This document shows positions 1-6,857 of a DNA stretch of 11,186 bases, one piece after another. The stretch is from Fidelibacterota bacterium (lineage in GTDB: Bacteria; Fidelibacterota; UBA2242). The number at the start of each line of letters is the position of its first letter. Within the stretch, counting starts at the first letter, position 1. The notes beneath the pieces are model-generated. The model was not told where the DNA came from. It searched no databases and saw nothing but the letters and a program-made list of their open reading frames with translations. A program made the translations under genes and the position numbers. The stretch spans positions 32,915-44,100 of the forward strand of contig JBNGDF010000015.1 in NCBI GenBank assembly GCA_049975265.1, written 5' to 3'.

Positions 1-42
1 AAAACTCACCTTCTTGAATCCAGTCAATAATCCGCTGTTCAT
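1..42 (-). CDS. Possible 5' end of a downstream co-transcribed gene running off the window edge (MNSGLLTGFKKVSF...)
   Basis: ATG at 42-40 lies 6 nt after the GH2 stop, preceded by (T)AGGTAGGA, and the frame stays open to position 1. Alternatively AAGAAGGTGA near the edge is the SD of a gene starting just outside the window. Confidence 0.3.
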   Translation of the reverse strand, partial: MNSGLLTGFKKVSF

Positions 43-48
43 TCCTAC

Positions 49-1854
49 CTATTTTTGGATATCCTTATAAAGTCGCCGCATAATCTCAAACGCCTGTTTC
101 TTTTTTCCATCAGGTGAAATCAATCCCTTGCGGTTCCAGTAATCCTGAATGTGGGGCAACAGTCGTCTGGGTGACTGAAAATCCATCAGGATCCAGGGTG
201 ATGTACCCCGCAGGAAAGGAATCCGGGCAAACATTTTCACATGGTGATTGTACACACTCGCCTGATATTCCTCTGTCCAGACGGTCAGAGAGTCGCCATG
301 CAGTCCCTGTTTTGCCCCGGCACCAAATTCACTGATGATAAACGGTTTGGAATAGACCGTTCGCCAGGATATTCGGTCAGCCTTTTCCGGTAACCCGTCA
401 TACCATCCGATGTAACGGTTTATTGCTACGACATCCAGATATCGTCCCAGGGGATCATCAATCATCAGAGTATTTTCATCAAGATAATGCACTTCCAGAG
501 CAGCCGTTACCAGACGGCTGGAATCCATCATCCGGGCTTGTTCGATTAGTCTGGACAAAAATATCAACCTGGCTTCGCCGATCGGCGTTTCATTCGCTAC
601 CGACCAGAGAATAATTGCAGCCCTGTTCTTATCTCGTGCAATCATTTCCGCCATTTGATTTTGCGCATTTTTAAGAGTGTTTTCATTATCCCACTGAATC
701 GTCCAGTACACCGGTATTTCCGACCACACCAGGAGTCCAATTTCATCTGCTAGACGAACCATATGTTCATTGTGTGGATAATGGGCTAATCGCACATAAT
801 TGGCGTTCATTTCTTTCGCCCAACCAAGCAGAATTTCAGCATCTTTTAGTGAATTTGCCCGCCCCGGTCGCATGGGAGCCTGTTCATGAATACAGACGCC
901 TCTCAGGAATATCGGAATACCATTCAATAAAATATCCATCCCCTGCACTTCAACCGTACGAAAACCGATCCTGTCCATAATTTTATCAGTCTCGGTTATT
1001 ATCTCGACCTGGTACAGCTTCGGATTTTCCGGAAACCATAATACTGGATTGGCTGCAAATTCGAAATGTGCAAAACCACTATTATCTGTTTTAAAAGGTT
1101 TATCAACGCCAATTTCTGGAATCCGGACTCTGCCTTTCTGGTTTAATTGAACTCCATCCAATTGAATCCAAACGGCAATTCTGTCCTTTGTTCCTTGTTT
1201 TAACCGGATAAAATAGTCCCGGATATAGGTCACCTGAGTTTCGATCAACATGACATCCCGGGTCAGCCCGCCATAATTCCACCAGTCCATATTCAATGTC
1301 GGTACACCATCAGGCTGGCGTTTATTATCAACTTTAACAATCAGAAAATTATCTCTTTCTTTGACAATATCGGTAATCTCAAAATTAAATGGCGTAAAGC
1401 CGCCAGTATGCCGCCCTAATATTTGACCATTCAGATAAACGACCGCCTCATAATTCGCCGCTCCGAAATAGACAAAAAGGCGCTTATCCGGCTTGGCAGT
1501 ATAATCAAAATCCTTTTTGTACCAAATTGTCCCTTCATAAAAAAACAGTCTCTCCCGCTGGGAATTCCAGTCACCCGGCACTTTCAATGAATCCGAAGTG
1601 TCAAAATCATATTCAACCCGCTCAATTTTTGAAGCAGGTTTTTGATTAACGAAAAAACCGTTTTGAAGCGGTTGATAACGATAACTGTAATAACCGGTTT
1701 CATACGGATCAACGATTATCTGCCAGACGCCGTTCAACGAAATCGTCTTGCGTCCCATTACATTGGTGATAAGATTGCACTCCTGCGAAAAACCGATTAT
1801 ACTGTTCAGGAGTAAAATGTAAAAAATAAAAAGATTTCCAATCTGAACCTTCAC
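49..1854 (-). CDS. Glycoside hydrolase family 2, beta-glucuronidase-like (no-loop type), with N-terminal signal peptide
   Basis: 601-aa ORF with GTG start. It has GH2 sugar-binding-domain motifs (GGFTPF, NYGGLTRDV), RLAHYPH, RDKNRAAIILWSVANE (acid/base E422), NRYIGWY and ISEFGA (nucleophile E509). The C-terminal WNRKG is the N-x-K motif diagnostic of beta-glucuronidases. The N-terminus is hydrophobic, ending GFS|Q. Confidence 0.9.
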   Translation of the reverse strand: MKVQIGNLFIFYILLLNSIIGFSQECNLITNVMGRKTISLNGVWQIIVDPYETGYYSYRYQPLQNGFFVNQKPASKIERVEYDFDTSDSLKVPGDWNSQRERLFFYEGTIWYKKDFDYTAKPDKRLFVYFGAANYEAVVYLNGQILGRHTGGFTPFNFEITDIVKERDNFLIVKVDNKRQPDGVPTLNMDWWNYGGLTRDVMLIETQVTYIRDYFIRLKQGTKDRIAVWIQLDGVQLNQKGRVRIPEIGVDKPFKTDNSGFAHFEFAANPVLWFPENPKLYQVEIITETDKIMDRIGFRTVEVQGMDILLNGIPIFLRGVCIHEQAPMRPGRANSLKDAEILLGWAKEMNANYVRLAHYPHNEHMVRLADEIGLLVWSEIPVYWTIQWDNENTLKNAQNQMAEMIARDKNRAAIILWSVANETPIGEARLIFLSRLIEQARMMDSSRLVTAALEVHYLDENTLMIDDPLGRYLDVVAINRYIGWYDGLPEKADRISWRTVYSKPFIISEFGAGAKQGLHGDSLTVWTEEYQASVYNHHVKMFARIPFLRGTSPWILMDFQSPRRLLPHIQDYWNRKGLISPDGKKKQAFEIMRRLYKDIQK

Positions 1855-1865
1855 AATACCCGCTG

Positions 1866-1872
1866 CCTTTCT
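1866..1872 (-). promoter_or_regulatory. Putative ribosome-binding site of the GH2 gene
   Basis: AGAAAGG on the minus strand, 11 nt upstream of the GTG at 1854. Confidence 0.45.
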
Positions 1873-1886
1873 GAATGAGGATTTTG

Positions 1887-1915
1887 ATTATGTGTCATCA
1901 TATTATCCTGTGCAA
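1887..1915 (-). promoter_or_regulatory. Putative sigma70-type promoter for the GH2 gene
   Basis: Minus-strand TTGCAC (1915-1910), 17-nt spacer, CATAAT (1892-1887). Confidence 0.5.
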
Positions 1916-1964
1916 TTCACCAACTCCGGTTTTTTTTTAATTTACAACAATGATACCAAGATAC

Positions 1965-1993
1965 TTTCAATTAATTTTTTTATTACCTATTTT
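1965..1993 (+). promoter_or_regulatory. Weak putative promoter for the divergent GH-A gene
   Basis: TTTCAA (1965-1970), 17-nt spacer, TATTTT (1988-1993), ending 6 nt before ATG 2000. The context is AT-rich, so a chance match is possible. Confidence 0.25.
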
Positions 1994-1999
1994 GTTTAT

Positions 2000-3937
2000 A
2001 TGATTACCATACATCGAATCACTTTTATCATAATTTCGGGTATTGTTCTGCCGTTTTCCATCGGGTGGGGATTTGAAATCCGGGATGGCTGGTACTATGT
2101 TAACGGAGAGAAGTTTTTCATAAAGGGAATCGGCTATGAAACCCATACCCGCCCCGGTCAGGTGCCCTGGCAATATGATTTTAATGCCGATTTAATCCGA
2201 TCTGATCTTCAACGAATGAGAAACGCGGGTTTTAATACGATTCGAACCTGGGGGGCATTATCGGAGGAAGAATTGGTCATAGTGCAGGAATCGGGATTGA
2301 AAATTCTTTTTGGTATCTGGATTGATCCCCATGGCGATTATAGTGATCCGGGATTCAGGAACAGCTCTATCCAACATATTTCCGAAGTCCTCGCCTATAC
2401 TAAAAACTACTCCTGCATTCTCGCCTACATCATTATGAATGAACCCCTGGTCACAGATATCCTCGCGGGTGGTCCGGAAAATCTGGTCTCACTTTGGGAT
2501 GAATGCATTGATCTTATTCACCAGCATCACCCCGGCGTACCGGTGACAATTTCCAATACGGCTGTGGGAGATTACATCCGCAGTGATCTGTTTCAGATTG
2601 GCGCTTACAATCTCTATATCTACAATCCCGTTCTCATCAGTCACTCCCACGGTTACGCCGGATACTGTGAATTTATCAGGGAGCACCGCTCTCAAAATAT
2701 GCCTTTCATAATCACTGAATACGGCTTGTCCGTCTCACCCGGCAGCGTTGGAGATACCTATGGATATGGCGGCAACACTTTTGAGCAGCAGGAAGCAGGA
2801 AATTTGCTTATGTATCGAGAATTAATTGATGGCGGCGCTCAGGGTGGCTGTGTCTTTCAGTATCATGATGGCTGGTGGAAAGGCGGAGATGAAAATAGTC
2901 ACGACATCAATCCGGAAGAGTGGTTTGGACTGATAGAATTTGACAGCAATCCGGGCAATATGGAGGGAACTCCCCGACCGGTCTGGGAAGCCTATACTGC
3001 TTACAATCGGGCAATTGTCTGGCAACCCAAAAATCAACAGATTTACGTCCAGTCAGTTCCGATTGAACTTTTTATGACCGACACTATTGCACGGGTAACG
3101 ATAGAAATCAACGGCGATGCTATTGCTGATTTCGTTCCCGCTAACCCGTACTATTGCACAGAGATTACACCGGTTGTTATGGACAGTGTCAGGGATATCA
3201 TCGTTATGATCAAATTTTTTAATCAGAACAACAGTTTGATCAAAATGGAATCAATCAGTGCGCTGCTGATCAAATCTGCTGTCAGTCTGCCGTCTTTGAA
3301 AATCACTCTCCTGCCAGAGAATTTAGCCTCCTCCAATCAGCTCCACATAATTCTGGATGTAACGAAGAATCCTTTATTCACAATTCAGGACAACCGGTTA
3401 GATTATGCCTATTTTCCGCATATCGGTTTTTCAACGGGTGAAGCGCGAATGACCACTATTCCTGATGATAGCAGCTCCTGGCGGTTTACCGATTTTTTTG
3501 CATCGGGCAATGATGTGATGGTCGCAACCTTTGGCGCCGGATTCACCATCGAATATGGAAGCTTTGAAAAGCGCGTATATGCACAGAAAATAATCTACCG
3601 TGATAACTGGGCGCAAGCTATCGCCGCACCGGTAACCGTTTCAGAGACAATTGATCCTGTTTCGCTGCCTGCCGATATAAATATCTCCCTGTACAATTTT
3701 CCCAATCCCTTTAATTCCTCAACGACGATTTCATTCAATCTATCTCAACCGGATTTTATAAACATTTCCCTGATTGACCTTACCGGTCAATTGGTAGCAA
3801 CCCCAGTTAATTCATTCATGAACAGGGGCAATTATCGGGTGGTATGGGATGCCGGAGTCGTACCCAGCGGTATTTATCTCATTCTCATGCAAACTCCGCA
3901 ACATACAATTACTCATAAAATCGTACTCTTAAAATAG
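2000..3937 (+). CDS. Secreted clan GH-A (beta/alpha)8 glycoside hydrolase (GH2-TIM-like; possibly related to GH157/GH158 beta-1,3-glucanases) + unknown beta-rich domains + T9SS type A-like C-terminal sorting domain
   Basis: The true start is probably ATG 2000, giving a signal peptide MITIHRITFIIISGIVLPFSIGWG|F; 1892-1999 looks like divergent promoter DNA. Motifs are YVNGEKFFIKGIGY, DLQRMRNAGFNTIRTW, IMNEP (acid/base E at 2441-2443), IITEYG (nucleophile E at 2717-2719), FQYHDGWWK and EEWFGL. The C-terminal NFPNPFNSSTTISF...SGIYLI...KIVLLK runs from 3695. Confidence 0.8.
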   Translation: MITIHRITFIIISGIVLPFSIGWGFEIRDGWYYVNGEKFFIKGIGYETHTRPGQVPWQYDFNADLIRSDLQRMRNAGFNTIRTWGALSEEELVIVQESGLKILFGIWIDPHGDYSDPGFRNSSIQHISEVLAYTKNYSCILAYIIMNEPLVTDILAGGPENLVSLWDECIDLIHQHHPGVPVTISNTAVGDYIRSDLFQIGAYNLYIYNPVLISHSHGYAGYCEFIREHRSQNMPFIITEYGLSVSPGSVGDTYGYGGNTFEQQEAGNLLMYRELIDGGAQGGCVFQYHDGWWKGGDENSHDINPEEWFGLIEFDSNPGNMEGTPRPVWEAYTAYNRAIVWQPKNQQIYVQSVPIELFMTDTIARVTIEINGDAIADFVPANPYYCTEITPVVMDSVRDIIVMIKFFNQNNSLIKMESISALLIKSAVSLPSLKITLLPENLASSNQLHIILDVTKNPLFTIQDNRLDYAYFPHIGFSTGEARMTTIPDDSSSWRFTDFFASGNDVMVATFGAGFTIEYGSFEKRVYAQKIIYRDNWAQAIAAPVTVSETIDPVSLPADINISLYNFPNPFNSSTTISFNLSQPDFINISLIDLTGQLVATPVNSFMNRGNYRVVWDAGVVPSGIYLILMQTPQHTITHKIVLLK

Positions 3938-3959
3938 CCTTAACCGCAGTTCTGTTCCA

Positions 3960-3987
3960 AGAATGATAAAACCCGGATTATCATTCT
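3960..3987. repeat. Perfect 10-bp inverted repeat, 8-nt spacer
   Basis: AGAATGATAA (3960-3969) / TTATCATTCT (3978-3987), 22 nt downstream of the GH-A stop codon. Confidence 0.75.
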
Positions 3988-3998
3988 GATAACAATTT

Positions 3999-4021
3999 GT
4001 CTGTTTAACCATCAAACAGAC
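3999..4021. repeat. Perfect 8-bp inverted repeat, 7-nt loop
   Basis: GTCTGTTT (3999-4006) / AAACAGAC (4014-4021). Confidence 0.65.
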
Positions 4022-4037
4022 CCGATAAATACCTGAC

Positions 4038-4083
4038 ATTCCCGGTAATCTGTACAATTTTCACCCTTATCAATCCCGGGAAT
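4038..4083. repeat. 8-bp inverted repeat with 30-nt spacer, followed by a short T-run
   Basis: ATTCCCGG (4038-4045) / CCGGGAAT (4076-4083), followed by ATTTTTA. Confidence 0.5.
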
Positions 4084-4110
4084 ATTTTTATGCCGATTAT
4101 GGCCCGGTTT

Positions 4111-4140
4111 TTGACTATGCAGTGGCGATGAGTTTAAAAT
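4111..4140 (+). promoter_or_regulatory. Putative sigma70-type promoter for the symporter-GH5_25 unit
   Basis: TTGACT (4111-4116), 18-nt spacer, TAAAAT (4135-4140); each box matches the consensus at 5 of 6 positions. Confidence 0.65.
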
Positions 4141-4176
4141 TATTAAAGCGAACACTGAATCCCAATTACAATTATT

Positions 4177-4184
4177 AGAGAGGT
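4177..4184 (+). promoter_or_regulatory. Ribosome-binding site of the symporter gene
   Basis: AGAGAGGT, 7 nt upstream of ATG 4192. Confidence 0.7.
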
Positions 4185-4191
4185 TGCCAGT

Positions 4192-5757
4192 ATGAATTTT
4201 TCACCCCTGGATTATGTTATTTTTATCGGTTATATCCTATTTATAGTTGGACTGGGACTGTGGGTTTCCCGGGAAAAGAAGGGTCATGAAAAAAATTCCA
4301 GTGACTATTTTTTAGCCAGCAAAGCCCTGCCCTGGTGGACGATTGGCGCCTCACTCATTGCCGCCAATATTTCCGCCGAACAGTTTATCGGCATGTCGGG
4401 CTCCGGTTTTGTAATCGGTCTGGGGATTGCCACCTATGAATGGACCGCCGCCATCACCCTGATCATGGTGGCGAAATTCTTTCTGCCGATTTTTCTTAAA
4501 GAGGGTATCTATACCATGCCGCAACTGCTGGAAATTCGCTATGATCGCCGGGTGCGTACCGGCCTGGCTGTCTTTTGGCTCCTGCTTTATGTTTTTGTAA
4601 ACCTAACATCTGTTCTCTATCTTGGTGCTTTGGCTCTGCGAACTATTATGGGCGTTCCGCTGATGTGTGGCATTATCGGGCTGGCTGTTTTTTCAGCTCT
4701 GTATACTATTTACGGCGGTCTGAAGGCAGTTGCCTGGACTGACGTGGTACAGGTCTCAGTGCTGATTATCGGCGGACTTGTGACAACCTTTTTTGCTCTG
4801 AATGCCGTCAGTGGCGGCAGTGGCGTCCTGGCAGGTTTTAGCGACCTGCTACAACAGGCACCGGAAAAATTTGACATGATCCTTGATAAAACCAATCCCA
4901 ATTACAAAGAGCTGCCCGGTCTCGGTGTTCTTCTGGGTGGAATGTGGATGGCGCACTTTTTCTACTGGGGCTGTAATCAGTACATCACCCAGCGGGCGCT
5001 GGCAGCCAAGAATATCAAAGAGGCACAGCGCGGCTTGATGTTTGGTGGTTACCTGAAAATTCTCACACCTTTAATTGTGGTCATTCCCGGCATTGTTGCC
5101 TTTGCACTAAAAGCCGATATTGCCAAACCCGATGAAGCCTATCCCTGGCTGCTGAGCAATTTCGTACCAACGGGGCTGAAAGGGCTGGCATTCGCCGCCC
5201 TGATTGCCGCCATCGTCTCTTCCCTGAGTTCCATGGTCAACAGCACCGCCACCATTTTCTCCATGGACATTTACAAGCAAATTATCAAAAAAGATGCTTC
5301 CGAGCGGCAACTGGTGCTTACCGGACGCCTTGCCAGTGCTGTAGCCCTGATTATTGCCGTTCTAATCGCACCGACCCTGACGAATCTGGAACAGGCTTTC
5401 CAGTTCATTCAGGAATTCACCGGCTTTATCAGCCCCGGAATCTTTGCGATTTTTATTTTCGGGCTGTTCTGGAAAAAAGCCACCGCCAATTCGGCGCTTT
5501 GGGCGGCAGCATTGACGATTCCGCTGTCCCTGGGCATTAAAATACTGATCCCGGCGCTACCGTTTTTGAACCGGATGGGCGTCGTGTTTCTAATTCTGAG
5601 TGCCATTGTTGTTGTCATTACATTGCTGGAATCCCGGGAAGACTCGCCGAAAGCGATCAAGGTTGAAAAGGGTCTGTTTCATACCGATACCGTCTTTAAT
5701 GTCGGAGCGATCGGTATTTTTGCAATTCTGGCGGTTTTATATACAATTTGGTGGTAG
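4192..5757 (+). CDS. Sodium:solute symporter (SSS/SLC5), vSGLT-like Na+/sugar cotransporter
   Basis: 521-aa highly hydrophobic polytopic protein. Motifs DYFLASKALPWWTIGASLIAANISAEQFIGMSGSG, YEW, YGGLKAVAWTDVVQ, YWGCNQYITQRALAA, AAIVSSLSSMVNS and QAFQFIQEFTG closely match Vibrio vSGLT. Confidence 0.95.
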   Translation: MNFSPLDYVIFIGYILFIVGLGLWVSREKKGHEKNSSDYFLASKALPWWTIGASLIAANISAEQFIGMSGSGFVIGLGIATYEWTAAITLIMVAKFFLPIFLKEGIYTMPQLLEIRYDRRVRTGLAVFWLLLYVFVNLTSVLYLGALALRTIMGVPLMCGIIGLAVFSALYTIYGGLKAVAWTDVVQVSVLIIGGLVTTFFALNAVSGGSGVLAGFSDLLQQAPEKFDMILDKTNPNYKELPGLGVLLGGMWMAHFFYWGCNQYITQRALAAKNIKEAQRGLMFGGYLKILTPLIVVIPGIVAFALKADIAKPDEAYPWLLSNFVPTGLKGLAFAALIAAIVSSLSSMVNSTATIFSMDIYKQIIKKDASERQLVLTGRLASAVALIIAVLIAPTLTNLEQAFQFIQEFTGFISPGIFAIFIFGLFWKKATANSALWAAALTIPLSLGIKILIPALPFLNRMGVVFLILSAIVVVITLLESREDSPKAIKVEKGLFHTDTVFNVGAIGIFAILAVLYTIWW

Positions 5758-5813
5758 GAGGTGTTTTTCCGATAAAATTAACGGTCATAAATAACCTGTT
5801 TTCCGGCTAAAAT

Positions 5814-6854
5814 ATGAAATGTCATTTCATCCTGTGTTTTGCAGTTTGCGGCCTATTAACGATGTGCCCGTCAAATTCGGCAACCAAGCCGGAGAACAAA
5901 GATAATACTCCGGCTGATCCTTTTGAAATCAATGCCCATTTGTTTCCCGGAATTAATCTCGGCAATGCCCTCGAGGCGCCGCAGGAAGGGGACTGGGGTG
6001 TCACTATCCAGGATGAATATTTCCGGATAATTAAAGAAGCCGGTTTTCGGCATGTCCGCATCCCGATCCGCTGGTCAGCCCATGCGCAAGTTGATAGTCC
6101 CTATACCATTGAGATTGGCTTTATAAACCGGGTAAAACATGTTGTCGATGTTGCCCTTGCCCAAGAGTTGTATACGGTTATTAATATCCATCATTACGAA
6201 GAGATTTTCCAAAATCCTTCTGGTGAGAAGGATCACTTTTTAACCTTATGGCGACAAATCAGTACAATTTTCCAGGATTATCCCCCCCAACTGCTATTTG
6301 AAATATTAAATGAACCCCATGATAATCTGACGCCGTCTCTCTGGAATCAGTATTTCCCTGCAGCATTAGAGATCATCCGTACAACCAATCCCGGGCGGAC
6401 TGTGATTGTCGGCACGGCGAATTGGGGTGGAATCAGCGCCCTAGAAGCACTTGAGATCCCCGCAAATGAACAAAACCTGATCGTCACAATTCATTATTAT
6501 GAACCGTTCCAGTTCACCCACCAGGGAGCGGAGTGGGTTGCCGGTTCCGACGCCTATCTGGGGACAACCTGGTCTGCCTCTCTAAATCAGGTTTCAGAGA
6601 TGAAAAATCATTTTGACCAAATTAAAGCCTGGGCGGATGCTCAAAACCGTCCGATCTATATTGGTGAATTCGGCGCCTATAGTCGCGCCGATATCAATTC
6701 CCGCAGGCTCTGGACCGGCTATGTCGTCAATCTGTGCCAGCAATACAATTTCAGCTGGGCATACTGGGAATTTTGCGCCGGTTTCGGGGCTTACAACCGC
6801 ACAACCGGCGCCTGGAACACCCAACTGCTCGGCGCCCTGATTCAAACGCCCTGA
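5814..6854 (+). CDS. GH5 subfamily 25 endoglucanase/mannanase (Thermotoga Cel5A-like), probable lipoprotein
   Basis: Motifs are GINLGNALEAPQEGDWGV, EAGFRHVRIPIRW, INIHHY, FEILNEPH (acid/base), HYYEPFQFTHQGAEW, IYIGEFGAY (nucleophile) and WAYWEFCAGFG. The N-terminus is a hydrophobic stretch ending LLTM|C (Cys18), followed by a polar linker. Confidence 0.92.
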   Translation: MKCHFILCFAVCGLLTMCPSNSATKPENKDNTPADPFEINAHLFPGINLGNALEAPQEGDWGVTIQDEYFRIIKEAGFRHVRIPIRWSAHAQVDSPYTIEIGFINRVKHVVDVALAQELYTVINIHHYEEIFQNPSGEKDHFLTLWRQISTIFQDYPPQLLFEILNEPHDNLTPSLWNQYFPAALEIIRTTNPGRTVIVGTANWGGISALEALEIPANEQNLIVTIHYYEPFQFTHQGAEWVAGSDAYLGTTWSASLNQVSEMKNHFDQIKAWADAQNRPIYIGEFGAYSRADINSRRLWTGYVVNLCQQYNFSWAYWEFCAGFGAYNRTTGAWNTQLLGALIQTP

Positions 6855-6857
6855 GAT

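Noticed and set aside
1930..1938. T9 homopolymer as a phase-variation tract or terminator tail
   Set aside because: It is short, lies in AT-rich intergenic DNA outside the predicted -35/-10 spacers, and has no convincing preceding stem.
1892..1999. N-terminal 36-aa extension of the GH-A ORF given in the ORF track
   Set aside because: It overlaps the AT-rich divergent promoter region, and ATG 2000 gives a proper signal peptide.
4092..4112. GCC-GATTAT-GGC...TTTTT as an intrinsic terminator
   Set aside because: The stem is only 3-4 bp, and the T-run is better explained as leading into the -35 box.
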